Positions 1 through 10,260 of a stretch of 64,000 nt of DNA are shown here, in pieces (the stretch's first letter is position 1; every line of letters starts with the position of its first letter). The notes beneath the pieces were generated by a model. The model worked only from the letters and a program-made list of their open reading frames with translations, was not told the DNA's origin and ran no database searches. The DNA is from an uncultured bacterium (GTDB lineage: Bacteria; Krumholzibacteriota; Krumholzibacteriia; Krumholzibacteriales; Krumholzibacteriaceae). The stretch covers positions 416,001-480,000 of the forward strand of contig CAWBAN010000001.1 of the NCBI GenBank assembly GCA_963786935.1. Reading direction: 5' to 3'. A program made the position numbers and the translations under genes.

Positions 1-1
1 C

Positions 2-1948
2 AAGCCGCTCGGCCCCGGCGAGACGTACCAGCCGTACGTCCCGGCGGGCTCGGTCATTCCCGAGATCACGGCCCGCTCGGTCGCCGTCGGCGTTCTCATG
101 GCGATCATCTTCACCGCGGCCGCCGCGTATCTCGGCCTCAAGATCGGCCAGGTCTTCGAGGCGGCGATCCCGATCGCGATTCTCGCCGTCGGGATGGCCG
201 GGATCTTCGGGAGACGCAGCTCGATCTCGGAGAACGTGATCATCCAGTCGATCGGGTCGGCGTCCGGCGTCGTGGTCGCCGGGATGATATTCACGCTTCC
301 CGCGCTCTTCATCCTCGATCTTCCGGTGCGCTTCTACCAGACCTTCCTCGCGGCGCTCCTCGGCGGCTTCCTCGGCATTCTCTTCATCATTCCGCTCCGG
401 CGCTACTTCGTGAAGGAGCAGCACGGGCTCCTGCCGTTCCCCGAGGGGACGGCGATCGCCGAGGTGCTCGTGACGGGCGAAGGGGGAGGGGAGCAGGCGA
501 AGGTGCTCATCAAAGCGGCCGCGATCGGCGGGCTCTACGATTTCGCCATCGCCACCTTCGGGCTCTGGCGCGAGGTGATCTCCACGCGCGTCGTTCCGGC
601 GCTCGCCACGGTCGCCGACAAGGCGAAGCTCGTCGTCAAGATCAACGCCGGCGCCGCCGTCATGGGGCTCGGCTACATCATCGGGCTCAAGTATTCGTCG
701 ATCATCGCCGCGGGGAGCTTCGTCTCGTGGCTCGTTCTCATCCCGGCCGTGTGGTACTTCGGGCGGAACATCGGCGTGCCCATCGGCACGGCGACGATCC
801 CGATCGACCAGATGACGGCCGAGCAGATCTTCACGAACTACGTCCGGCACATCGGCATCGGCGGCATCGCCGCGGCGGGGGTCATCGGGATCCTCAAGTC
901 GTCCCGCATCATCGTTCAGGCGTTTACGGTCGGCTTCAAGGAGATGTTCGCGGGCAAAACGGCCGCGGCCGCCGAGGCGGAGCGGACCGACCGCGACATG
1001 AAGATGTCCGTCGTGATCCTGCTCCTCGTCCTCACGCTCGTTGCCGTATTCGTGTTCTTCGGCGTCGGCGTCGTCGACACGTGGGGTATCGCGGGGCTCG
1101 CCCTCGTCATCGTCGCCGTCATCAGCTTCCTCTTCACGACGGTCGCCGCGCGGGCGATCGCGATCGTCGGCGTCAACCCCGTTTCGGGGATGACGCTCAT
1201 GACCCTCATCCTCTCGAGCGTGATCCTCGTCAAGGCGGGGCTCTCGGGCCCCGCCGGCATGCTCTCCGCGCTCATCATCGGTGGCGTGGTCTGCACGGCG
1301 CTCGCCACGGCGGGCGCCTTCATCAGCGATCTCAAGGTCGGCTACTGGCTCGGGAGCACGCCGCGGAGCCAGGAGCGGTACAAGTTCCTCGGTATCCTCG
1401 TCGCCTCCTTCTGCGTGACGGGCGTGCTGCTGCTGCTCAACAGGGTCTACGGATTCACGGGCCCGGACGCCCTCGCCGCGCCGCAGGCGAACGCGATGGC
1501 CGCGGTGATCAAGGTGCTCATGACGAGCGCGTCCGCGCCGTGGTTCCTCTATCTCGCGGGCATCTTCATGGCGATCACCCTCGAGCTCATCAAGGTGCCG
1601 CCGCTTCCCTTCGCGCTCGGTATGTATCTCCCGATCGAGCTCAATACGCCGCTCCTCGTCGGCGGCTACGTCGCCCATCTCGTCTCGACCCGGAGCAAGA
1701 GCGAGGAGGTCAACACGAAGCGGCGCGAGCGCGGCACGCTCGTCGCGTCCGGCTTCATCGCGGGCGGCGCCCTCATGGGCGTCGTGAGCGCGCTCATCGC
1801 GCTCCCCGGGTGGAACGATAAGCTCAACACGGGCATCGGCGAGCGGCCGATCGGCGAGATTATCAGCATCGTCCTCTTCCTGGGGCTGTGCCTCTACGTG
1901 TACTACGAGTCCAAGAAAGGGGCGTCCGACAAGCCCGCGGCCCGCTAG
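2..1948 (+). CDS. OPT-family oligopeptide transporter (5' partial)
   Basis: Polytopic membrane protein with YLGLKIG, ENVIIQSIGSA, PFPEGTA, SDLKVGYWLG, APQANAM motifs; frame is open back to base 2. Confidence 0.9.
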   Translation, partial: KPLGPGETYQPYVPAGSVIPEITARSVAVGVLMAIIFTAAAAYLGLKIGQVFEAAIPIAILAVGMAGIFGRRSSISENVIIQSIGSASGVVVAGMIFTLPALFILDLPVRFYQTFLAALLGGFLGILFIIPLRRYFVKEQHGLLPFPEGTAIAEVLVTGEGGGEQAKVLIKAAAIGGLYDFAIATFGLWREVISTRVVPALATVADKAKLVVKINAGAAVMGLGYIIGLKYSSIIAAGSFVSWLVLIPAVWYFGRNIGVPIGTATIPIDQMTAEQIFTNYVRHIGIGGIAAAGVIGILKSSRIIVQAFTVGFKEMFAGKTAAAAEAERTDRDMKMSVVILLLVLTLVAVFVFFGVGVVDTWGIAGLALVIVAVISFLFTTVAARAIAIVGVNPVSGMTLMTLILSSVILVKAGLSGPAGMLSALIIGGVVCTALATAGAFISDLKVGYWLGSTPRSQERYKFLGILVASFCVTGVLLLLNRVYGFTGPDALAAPQANAMAAVIKVLMTSASAPWFLYLAGIFMAITLELIKVPPLPFALGMYLPIELNTPLLVGGYVAHLVSTRSKSEEVNTKRRERGTLVASGFIAGGALMGVVSALIALPGWNDKLNTGIGERPIGEIISIVLFLGLCLYVYYESKKGASDKPAAR

Positions 1949-1968
1949 CCGCCGCGGATAATCGCCCG

Positions 1969-2793
1969 ATGAAGAAGCTCGTCGCCGCCATGGTCTCCGC
2001 CGTCGACCGTCTCATGCCCCGCCCGCGCGTCGGGGGGCGCGAGTCGAGCGAGGCCTATTCGCTCTGGGAATACCGCGTCGCGAAGGGAATTCTCGAATCG
2101 TACGCCGACCGCCTCGGCGATCTGGCCGGCAAGCGCGTGCTCGACATCGGATGCGGGCTCGGCGGGAAGACGGTCGCCTACGCCGAGGCGAAGGCCCGCG
2201 TCACCGGCGTCGATCTGTCCGAGAGCAACATCGCGCGGTGCGCCGCCTTCGCCCGCGAGCGCGGCGTCGACGCGATTTTCGCGGCGGGGGACGCCGAGCG
2301 TCTGCCCTTCGCCGACGGAAGCTTCGACGCGGTCATCGCGAACGATTCGCTCGAGCATTTCGCGAATCCCGAAGCGGCGCTCCGGGAGCTCGCGCGCGTG
2401 CTCGCTCCGGGAGGCTCGGTCTTCCTTTTCTTCACGCCGTGGAAATCGCCGCTCGGGTCCCACCTGTACGACTACGTCCGGACTCCCTGGTGTCACCTGA
2501 TCTACCCGGAATGGCTCATCCGCGAGCTCCTCGCGCGCGAGCTCGCGCGCCGCGGGGAGCGGGATCCGCGCGGCGGAGCCGCCCGGCTCATGGAGGAGTA
2601 CCGGCGTGAGCTCAACCGGATCACGGTGCGCGGCTATCGCCGCATCCTCGGCCGGATCGGGGATCTCGAGATCGTCTACGAGGAGCTGAAGCCGCCGAAG
2701 TACGCGCGGCTCGCGCCGCTCGTCCGCCTTCCGCTGGCCGGCGAGCTCTTCACTGGCACCGTCGTGGGCATTCTCCGGAAAAAGCGGTCGTGA
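1969..2793 (+). CDS. Class I SAM-dependent methyltransferase
   Basis: VLDIGCGLG motif I, GDAERLPFADGSFD, RVLAPGG. Confidence 0.85.
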   Translation: MKKLVAAMVSAVDRLMPRPRVGGRESSEAYSLWEYRVAKGILESYADRLGDLAGKRVLDIGCGLGGKTVAYAEAKARVTGVDLSESNIARCAAFARERGVDAIFAAGDAERLPFADGSFDAVIANDSLEHFANPEAALRELARVLAPGGSVFLFFTPWKSPLGSHLYDYVRTPWCHLIYPEWLIRELLARELARRGERDPRGGAARLMEEYRRELNRITVRGYRRILGRIGDLEIVYEELKPPKYARLAPLVRLPLAGELFTGTVVGILRKKRS

Positions 2794-2899
2794 GGCGCGC
2801 GGCGGGGGCCGAGCGCCGGAGCGGGGCAATCGCCTTGACGCCCCCGCGGCGGATGTGATAGTTCTTGGCGGGCGCCGCAGCCGACATTACATTGAAGGT

Positions 2900-4081
2900 A
2901 TGAAATTGAAACATCTTTTCTGGATCATCGCCGCTTTGCTCGCCGTCGCGCCGTCGTGCAGCTCGGATCCCGAGGGGCCGGTGGCCGAGCAGTTCATCGA
3001 TGACGGCACGTTCGGGGTCAAGGGAGGGGAGATCAGCCGCGTCGTCGTTCCGGCGAGCGCGGTCACGGTTACCGTGCCGCAGGGAGTCGGCACGGGACGT
3101 CTCCTCCTCCTCGGCAGGCTCAAGGGGATCGAGTACCGGGCGATCCTGCTCAAGTTCGATTTTACGCTCGCCGAGGGGGACGCGGGGAAAACGATCTCGT
3201 CCGCCCGGCTCCATCTCCCGATCGTCGTGGCGACGCCGGAGGATTTCAGGCTGCCCGTGACCTATCACGAGCTGCTCACGACGTTCAGCGACACGTCGAG
3301 CATCGTCGAGGTGCCGCCGTACGATCCGGCGGCGATAAGCGATTCGCTCGGCGGAACGGTCGATACGCTCGACATCGAATCGACCGAGTACGACATCGAC
3401 ACGTCCTATGTGAACGCGTGGCTTGCGGGGAGACGGGAACCCAAGGGAATCGCGATCGTGTGGGCGGCGGTTCCCGACACGACGACCTCGCTCGAGTTCA
3501 AGGCGACCGAGTACGGATCCGATCCCCCCTCGGTGCGCGTGACATTCACGGACGGCACCTCAACCGCGTTCGGCGCGACCGACGACTATTCGGTCGCTCT
3601 GTTCAACGAGCCGGGCCTCAACTGCGTCGGCGGCATCGCGCGGAGAATCGCGTTCACGTTCGATCCGGCGGGCATTCCCGAGCGCGCGATGGTGAACGGC
3701 GCGTTTCTCGTGCTCAAGATGCGCGGAGACCAGGGATTCGGGGGGGCGACGGGGGAGCAGCTCGTGATCGGGTATACGGCTCAATTCCTCTACTATCTCT
3801 ACGCCCCCGATTCGGCCGATACGCTGTCGGCCGGCTTCCTCGAAGGCACGGGCGTCGATCAGAACGCGTTCGATCCGGCGATCTCGAGGACGGTTAAGTT
3901 CCCACTCCGGGGCTACATGGCGGACGTCCTTCGAAAGGCCCGGGCGAACACGGGGCTCGTGCTCCAGTCGAACCTGGAGGAGAGCCGCATCCAGCGCGCC
4001 TGCTTCGTGTCCTCCGGCGACGACGCGCCGTACATCGAGATCTACTATTCGCTCCCCGCCGATTTCGGAGGCTCGCCATGA
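2900..4081 (+). CDS. Hypothetical lipoprotein
   Basis: MKLKHLFWIIAALLAVAPSC signal with lipobox-like Cys; stop overlaps next start (ATGA). Confidence 0.7.
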   Translation: MKLKHLFWIIAALLAVAPSCSSDPEGPVAEQFIDDGTFGVKGGEISRVVVPASAVTVTVPQGVGTGRLLLLGRLKGIEYRAILLKFDFTLAEGDAGKTISSARLHLPIVVATPEDFRLPVTYHELLTTFSDTSSIVEVPPYDPAAISDSLGGTVDTLDIESTEYDIDTSYVNAWLAGRREPKGIAIVWAAVPDTTTSLEFKATEYGSDPPSVRVTFTDGTSTAFGATDDYSVALFNEPGLNCVGGIARRIAFTFDPAGIPERAMVNGAFLVLKMRGDQGFGGATGEQLVIGYTAQFLYYLYAPDSADTLSAGFLEGTGVDQNAFDPAISRTVKFPLRGYMADVLRKARANTGLVLQSNLEESRIQRACFVSSGDDAPYIEIYYSLPADFGGSP

Positions 4082-5292
4082 GAACGAAGGCCTTCACGGC
4101 GGCCCTCGCGGCGGCGATGCTGCTCGCGATCGGATGGGGCGATCCCGCGGCGGCCCAATCGATCTTCGGCATCAACTTCCTCGGAGAGCACCAGTTCCCC
4201 GGCAGCGCGCGCTACCGCGCGCTCGGATTCTCGTCGTACGCCGCGATCGACACGGCGAGCGCCGTCGCCGCGAACCCGGCCTGCCTCGCCGACCTCACGC
4301 GGGTGACGTTTTCCCTCGTCGAGATCACGAGCGTCGCGAACGTCCGGACCGGCGACGCCGCGGCGTACGAGAGCCGCTTCCAGCTTCCGTTCGTCATGAT
4401 CGGCGTGCCGCTGCGGAGGGGCCTCGTATTCGCTCTGGGATATCAGACCTCGTTCTCGGGCAAGGGGGATTTCACGTACAGCGTTCCCCTCGAGGACTCT
4501 CCGAAGGCATACGAGGATTACCGCCATCGGAGCGGCCTCTTCAGCGTTCCGTTCACCCTTGCATGGCGGCCCCGGCCGTGGGCCCGGGTGGCGGGCGCCT
4601 ATAACCTCGAGCGCGGCTCGATCACCGACATCTACCGCGTCTATTTCATCGGGGAATATTTCTCGACGATGGAATCGAAGCGCGAGAGGGGATTCTCCGG
4701 GGACTCCTGGTCCGCATCGTTGCTCGTGAGCCCCCATAAGCGGCTTTCGATCGGCCTCGGGTGGAACGGGGGCGTCGACTACGGGGGAGACGAGACGTTC
4801 ACGTACACGCGCTCCGAGCTCGATTCGCTGGCGCCGTGGCGATTCGAGATCCCGTCGTCGTGGGAAGCCGGCGCGGCGTTCGGCATCAACGACAACTGGT
4901 GGCTGAGCGCACACTACTGGCGGCGGAGCGGCCCGGAGCCCCGCGGTTTCGAGCAGCTCGCCGGATCGATATCGGACGAAGAGCTCATGGCGTTCGGCAT
5001 CGAGAAGCGGCACGCGGGGACGGGAGTCTTTTTCCTGAGGATTCCCATGCGGCTCGGGTTCTACGAGAACAGCTGGCATTTCGAGTATCCGGCGGGGCAG
5101 CAGGTGAAATCGCGGTTCGTCACGTTCGGAACGGGATTCGCCATGCCCGGCGGCCCCGGCGAGCTGGACCTCTCGTTCGAGTTCGGGCAGATCGGCTCGC
5201 TCGGCGGCAACGGCGTGGATGAACGGGTCTTCAGGCTGGCGATCGGCCTGAGCGCTTCGGAGAGCTGGTCGAGGCGCAAGCCGGCGAACTGA
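4078..5292 (+). CDS. Putative outer-membrane beta-barrel protein (FadL/PorV-like)
   Basis: Signal peptide, GSARYRALG...NPACL N-terminal motif, aromatic amphipathic strands. Confidence 0.6.
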   Translation: MRTKAFTAALAAAMLLAIGWGDPAAAQSIFGINFLGEHQFPGSARYRALGFSSYAAIDTASAVAANPACLADLTRVTFSLVEITSVANVRTGDAAAYESRFQLPFVMIGVPLRRGLVFALGYQTSFSGKGDFTYSVPLEDSPKAYEDYRHRSGLFSVPFTLAWRPRPWARVAGAYNLERGSITDIYRVYFIGEYFSTMESKRERGFSGDSWSASLLVSPHKRLSIGLGWNGGVDYGGDETFTYTRSELDSLAPWRFEIPSSWEAGAAFGINDNWWLSAHYWRRSGPEPRGFEQLAGSISDEELMAFGIEKRHAGTGVFFLRIPMRLGFYENSWHFEYPAGQQVKSRFVTFGTGFAMPGGPGELDLSFEFGQIGSLGGNGVDERVFRLAIGLSASESWSRRKPAN

Positions 5293-5318
5293 CGAACGGC
5301 CCGCGAAGGTTCCGGATC

Positions 5319-5999
5319 ATGATTCGTCCGCTCCACATCATCCTTATCCTCGCATTCGCGTCGGCGGCGCCGCGCGCCTGTCCCGCGCAGCAGGGATCTC
5401 CGTCCGGGCCGGATTCGCTCGGTCTCATGCTCGAGGGGCTCGCCCCCGCTCCCCGCATCGCGTATCTCATGTATTTGCTCGAAACGCGGCGGGACGATCC
5501 CGAGGTTCATTTCCAGCTCGGCGTCGCCTACCACGAGGCGGAGAAGCCCGATTCGGCGCTGCGCTACTACGAGAAGGCGGTCGAGCTTGCCCCGGGCCTC
5601 TCGAAGGCGTACGTCAACATGGGGGTGCTCTTCGACGGTCAGAACAAGCGGAGCGAGGCGATCCGCATGTTCGAGCGGGCGATCGAGGTCAATCCGAACG
5701 ATCTCCTCGCGCACGCGCACGCCGCCTACACGCTCTTCGGCGCGGGGGATTACGAGGCCGCCGACGCGCATATCTCGAAGGCGCTCGCGATCGATTCCCT
5801 CGATCCCCAGCCGCATTTCTATCTCGCGATCTTCTTCTGGGAAAGCGGCATGTTCAAGGAGTCGCTCGCCGAGTGGGAGAAGGTGGTCGCGTGCGCTCCG
5901 GGCGGCGATCTCGCGGAGAAGGCGCGGGAGAACATCGCGATCCTCCAGCATGCGCTCCTCGCGCCCGCCGGCGAAGACGTTCCGCCCCCCCGGCCGTGA
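5319..5999 (+). CDS. Exported tetratricopeptide-repeat protein
   Basis: Signal peptide, TPR patterns (HFQLGVAY, YEKAVELAP, AYVNMG). Confidence 0.8.
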   Translation: MIRPLHIILILAFASAAPRACPAQQGSPSGPDSLGLMLEGLAPAPRIAYLMYLLETRRDDPEVHFQLGVAYHEAEKPDSALRYYEKAVELAPGLSKAYVNMGVLFDGQNKRSEAIRMFERAIEVNPNDLLAHAHAAYTLFGAGDYEAADAHISKALAIDSLDPQPHFYLAIFFWESGMFKESLAEWEKVVACAPGGDLAEKARENIAILQHALLAPAGEDVPPPRP

Positions 6000-6108
6000 A
6001 GCGAACTCGCGTCTTGACAGGGGCGAGGCGGTTGCCCTAATTATGAGTGGGATGGGAAGAATGGCGAGTCGGGACCCGGTGAACCATCGACGCAGAAAGG
6101 GAGAAACC

Positions 6109-7263
6109 GTGAAGAAGGCAATTATTCTCGTTTCGGTCATCGCGCTTCTTGCGATTGTTGGCTGCGCCTCGGGCGGGAAGAAGGATGTCGCTGAGGGAGG
6201 CGACTCCGGGCAGACGACGAAGGACGCGAGCGGCTTCGAAACGAACATCACGCCCGCGAAGATCCATTACCAGTCGGCCATGCAGTTTCTCTCGGCCAGC
6301 AACTACGACGAAGCGGTGAGCCATCTCAGGACGGCGACGTCGATGGACCCGAACTATCTCGAAGCGTGGGCCGAACTCGGGCGTACGTACCTGAAGATCA
6401 AGAACTTCCAGGGCAGCATCGACGCGTATCAGCGCGCGCTCGCGCTGTCGCCCAACAACCCGGCGTTCTTCGCGGCGCTCGGCCGGGCGTATCTCCAGCT
6501 CGAGAACATGGACAAGGCCGAGGAGTATTACCAGAAGCTCATCGCTCAGGATTCGCTGAGCTACGACGGGCACGTGTCGCTCGGCTTCGTCTACCTGAAG
6601 AAGAACGACGCGGACCGCGCGATTTATCACTACGAGATGGCCGTCAAGGCGCAGCCCAACGACGCGACCTCGCTCGGAACCCTCGCCTCGCTCTACGAGA
6701 AGAAGGGGAACGACGAAAAGAGAATCGAGTGCCTGAAACGCGCGATCGAGGTCGCCCCCGACAATTACCGGTTCAAGGTGCAGCTCGGCTCGGCCTACAT
6801 GAAAAAGAAGGATTTCGAGAACGCGCTCCCCGTCTTCGAGGAGCTCAGCAAACAGTACCCCGACGAGGCGGCGTATCATCAGAATCTCGGGCTCATACTC
6901 TCGCAGATGCCCGATCGCAAGGCGCAGGCCCCCGCGGAGCTCGAGAGGACGCTCGAGCTCAAGGGAAGCGATCCGTACATCAGCGGCATTCTCGCGCTCG
7001 TGTACCGGGAGCTCGGTCAGTATCAGAAGGCCATCGCCGCGGCGAAGAAGGGGCTCGAGGGCGACGCCACGCAGCAGGCGCCGCTCCTCTACTACCAGTG
7101 GGGCGCCGCGCTCTCCAAGCTCGAAGCCTACGACGAAGCGATCGCGATGTTCGAGAAGGTCGTCGCGACGAAGGATCCGCAATGGTCCGAGGCGGCGAGG
7201 AAGGAGATCGACCGGCAGGTGCGACTGAAGAAGATCGCCGAGCAGAAAAAAGCGCAGCAGTAA
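6109..7263 (+). CDS. TPR-repeat lipoprotein
   Basis: GTG start after AAGGGAG; LAIVGC lipobox; many TPR repeats. Confidence 0.85.
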   Translation: MKKAIILVSVIALLAIVGCASGGKKDVAEGGDSGQTTKDASGFETNITPAKIHYQSAMQFLSASNYDEAVSHLRTATSMDPNYLEAWAELGRTYLKIKNFQGSIDAYQRALALSPNNPAFFAALGRAYLQLENMDKAEEYYQKLIAQDSLSYDGHVSLGFVYLKKNDADRAIYHYEMAVKAQPNDATSLGTLASLYEKKGNDEKRIECLKRAIEVAPDNYRFKVQLGSAYMKKKDFENALPVFEELSKQYPDEAAYHQNLGLILSQMPDRKAQAPAELERTLELKGSDPYISGILALVYRELGQYQKAIAAAKKGLEGDATQQAPLLYYQWGAALSKLEAYDEAIAMFEKVVATKDPQWSEAARKEIDRQVRLKKIAEQKKAQQ

Positions 7264-7311
7264 AGGGATCGACGCCGGCGTGATCGCAGGCGCTCGCATC
7301 GCGCATTCGCA

Positions 7312-7341
7312 CGAAGCCTCCCCGGCGACGGGGAGGCTTCG
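7312..7341. repeat. Perfect 12-bp inverted repeat (hairpin, no U-tail)
   Basis: CGAAGCCTCCCC-ggcgac-GGGGAGGCTTCG. Confidence 0.7.
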
Positions 7342-7366
7342 CGTTCTCGAGACTGGAGGTGCCGCC

Positions 7367-7962
7367 ATGGTTCCCGCTCGCATCATCTCTCCGGAGGCCG
7401 TCGGAAGGGCGCTCAGGCTCGGAGCGGCTCTCGCGCTCGTCGGGCTCGTTTGCGCGATTCCGCCCGCGCACGCCCGCGCGCAGGCCGACTCGACGGCCGC
7501 CGCGCCGGCGGGGGGAAGGAGGCGGCGAGCGTTTCCGCCGCGCCGCCCCGCATGGTCATCGAGACGGAGAAGCGCGGGAAGATCGTGATCGAGCTCTATC
7601 CGGCGCACGCCCCGAAAACGGTCGAACGCATCACGAGCCTCGTTCGAGCGGGTTTCTACGACGGGCTTCCGTTCCACCGGGTCGAGACGTACGTCATCCA
7701 GACCGGTTCGGCCGAGAGCGATCTGCCGCGGCTCGAAGGGGAGATGTTCAGCCAGAAGCTCACGCACGAGGAGGGGATGGTCGGGATGGCGAGGTTCCCC
7801 GACGACTACGACAGCGCGACGACGCAGTTCTACATCTGCAAGGAGCGCAAGCCGCTTTGGAACAACGAGTACACGCTGTTCGGAAAGGTGGTCGAGGGGA
7901 TCGAGGTCGTGCGCAAGATCAAGAAGGGGGACAAGATCAAGACCATCACGATCGTGCCCTAG
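7367..7962 (+). CDS. Cyclophilin-type peptidyl-prolyl isomerase with signal peptide; frameshift in G6 at 7510-7515
   Basis: GGAGG+ATG 7367 and signal peptide in one frame; APKTV, FYDGLPFHRV, VGMAR, SATTQFYI, YTLFGKVVEG in the other; one extra G joins them (198 aa). Confidence 0.8.
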
Positions 7963-8017
7963 GCGCGGGTCATTTTCTCTCGCAAACCCCTGCGTCATCG
8001 TATATAGTGAAAGTGCC

Positions 8018-9199
8018 ATGACTGCTGAAAAGAACCGTCCGCGACGAGTTTACTTCGACCATAACGCGACGACGTACATGCGGCAGGAGGTCGTCGACGC
8101 CATGCTCCCGTATTTCAGGGAGCGCTTCGGCAACGCATCGAGCCTCCACTTCTTCGGGCAGGAGAATCGCGACGCGATCGACGGCGCCCGTGGGGCTCTC
8201 GCCTCGCTCATCGGCGCCGAGCCCGAGGAAGTGATCTTCACGTCCGGCGGCACCGAGTCGGACAACCTCGCGATCCGCGGCGCCCTGCGGGCGAGGCGGA
8301 GATTCTCTCCGGCGAATCACGTCGTCACGTCGCAGATCGAGCACCCGGCCGTCCTCAAGACCTGCGGGGATCTCGAGGAGGAAGGGCGCCGCGTGACGTA
8401 CGTGCCGTGCGACCGCAGCGGCGTCGTGCGGCTCGACGTCCTCGAAGCGGCGCTCACCCCCGACACCGCGGTCGTCAGCGTCATGCTCGCGAACAACGAG
8501 ACGGGGGTCATCCAGCCGGTCAGGGAAATCGCGGCGCTCGTCCACGCGCGCGGCGCCGTTTTCCACGTGGACGCGGTGCAGGGCGTGGGGAAAATCCCGG
8601 TCGACGTCGACGATCTCGGCGTCGATCTGCTCTCGATCTCGGCGCACAAGCTCTACGGCCCGAAGGGCATCGGCGCCCTCTACGTGCGGCGCGGCACGCC
8701 CCTCGAGCCGGTCTATACCGGCGGAAGCCACGAATGCGGGCTGCGCCCCGGCACGGAGAACATTCCGGGCATCGTCGGCTTCGGCGAAGCGGCGCGCCTC
8801 TCGAAGGAGCTCCTGAGCGGCGAGATGGCGCGCATCGGCGCCCTTCGCGACCGTCTCGAGCGGGGAACGGCGGCGCGCGTCGACGACGTCGTCGTCGCCG
8901 GCGGCTCGGCGCCCCGCGTCCCGAACACGAGCGCCATGATCGTCGCGCGCGTCGAGGGCGAGGCGATCACGCTGCGGCTCAGCATGCTCGGATTCGCGAT
9001 CTCGAGCGGGAGCGCCTGCGCGAGCGGCGCGAGCGAGGCGAGCTACGTGCTCACCGCCATGGGTTTCGATCCGGGGACGGCGCAGGGAGGGATCCGGGTC
9101 AGCCTCGGCATCGACAATACGGAAGACGAGGTGGACGCGTTCCTCGACGAGTTCCCCCGCGTGGTCGCCCGGCTGCGTGAGCTCTCCCCCCTCAAATGA
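8018..9199 (+). CDS. iscS: Cysteine desulfurase (IscS/NifS family)
   Basis: YFDHNATT, FTSGGTESDN, SAHKLYGPKG (PLP Lys), SSGSACAS. Confidence 0.9.
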   Translation: MTAEKNRPRRVYFDHNATTYMRQEVVDAMLPYFRERFGNASSLHFFGQENRDAIDGARGALASLIGAEPEEVIFTSGGTESDNLAIRGALRARRRFSPANHVVTSQIEHPAVLKTCGDLEEEGRRVTYVPCDRSGVVRLDVLEAALTPDTAVVSVMLANNETGVIQPVREIAALVHARGAVFHVDAVQGVGKIPVDVDDLGVDLLSISAHKLYGPKGIGALYVRRGTPLEPVYTGGSHECGLRPGTENIPGIVGFGEAARLSKELLSGEMARIGALRDRLERGTAARVDDVVVAGGSAPRVPNTSAMIVARVEGEAITLRLSMLGFAISSGSACASGASEASYVLTAMGFDPGTAQGGIRVSLGIDNTEDEVDAFLDEFPRVVARLRELSPLK

Positions 9200-10260
9200 A
9201 AGCCGAACAGGTCGTCGTGGGAATGAGCGGCGGCGTCGACAGCGCCGCGGCCGCGTGGATGCTCCACGAGGAGGGATTCCGGGTCTTCGGCGTCACCCTC
9301 CGCTTCTACTGCTACGCCCGGTCCGCCGGCTCGCCGCGCCCCTGCTGCAGCGACGCGCTCCTCAGGCGCGCGCGGACGCTCTGCGCGAAGCTCGGGATCG
9401 ATCACCACGTCGTCGATGTGGAGGATGAATTCAGGGAGACGGTCGTGCGCGATTTCGTCGACGGCTATCGCGCCGGCCGGACGCCGAATCCGTGCGTGCT
9501 GTGCAACGAGAAGGTGAAATTTCCCGCGCTCGCCAGGGCCGCCGACCGGATCGGATGCGGGCGGATCGCGACGGGGCACTACGCGAGGCTCGTGCGGGGG
9601 GCGGGGGGCGCCCCGCTCATCGCCGCGGCCGCCGACGCGCGGAAGGATCAGTCCTATTTTCTCTACCGCGTGCCGGTGAGCATTCTCCGGCGCACGCTCT
9701 TTCCGCTCGGAGAGACGCTCAAGGAAACGGTGAAAGCCGCCGCCGCCGGCTTCGGGATCGACCGCGGGAAACAGCGCGAGAGCCAGGATGTCTGCTTCCT
9801 GCCGGACGGAGATCTCCGGAGCTTTCTCGGCGAGCGGATCGGATTCGCCGCGGGGGAAATCGTCGATCGGGAGGGGCGCGTCCTCGGGCGGCACGACGGC
9901 GCTCATTTGTACACGATCGGCCAGCGGAAAGGGCTGCGACTGGCGGGGGGAGTGCCGCTGTACGTTTCGGCGATCGACGCGCGGCGCAACCGCGTTGTCC
10001 TCGGCCGCCGGGACGAGATCGTCAGCGCGGGCGCCGTATGCGGGAGCCTGCGGCTCAGGAGCCGCGACGTCGGCGCCGGCCTCGCCGCGAAGATCAGATA
10101 CGGCCGCGCTCCCGCCGAGGTGGCGCGCGCCGTCCGGCGCGGATCCCTCCTCGAGGTGACGTTCCGGGAGCCGCAGTGGGCGGTCACGCCGGGGCAGTCG
10201 CTCGTGCTCTACCGCGGCGGCGTCGTCGTCGGCGGCGGGATCATCGAGAGGGGAGCGTGA
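9196..10260 (+). CDS. mnmA: tRNA 2-thiouridine(34) synthase
   Basis: SGGVDS, PNPCVLCN, ATGHYA, KDQSYFL, ESQDVCF, YTIGQRKGL; follows iscS. Confidence 0.95.
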   Translation: MKAEQVVVGMSGGVDSAAAAWMLHEEGFRVFGVTLRFYCYARSAGSPRPCCSDALLRRARTLCAKLGIDHHVVDVEDEFRETVVRDFVDGYRAGRTPNPCVLCNEKVKFPALARAADRIGCGRIATGHYARLVRGAGGAPLIAAAADARKDQSYFLYRVPVSILRRTLFPLGETLKETVKAAAAGFGIDRGKQRESQDVCFLPDGDLRSFLGERIGFAAGEIVDREGRVLGRHDGAHLYTIGQRKGLRLAGGVPLYVSAIDARRNRVVLGRRDEIVSAGAVCGSLRLRSRDVGAGLAAKIRYGRAPAEVARAVRRGSLLEVTFREPQWAVTPGQSLVLYRGGVVVGGGIIERGA

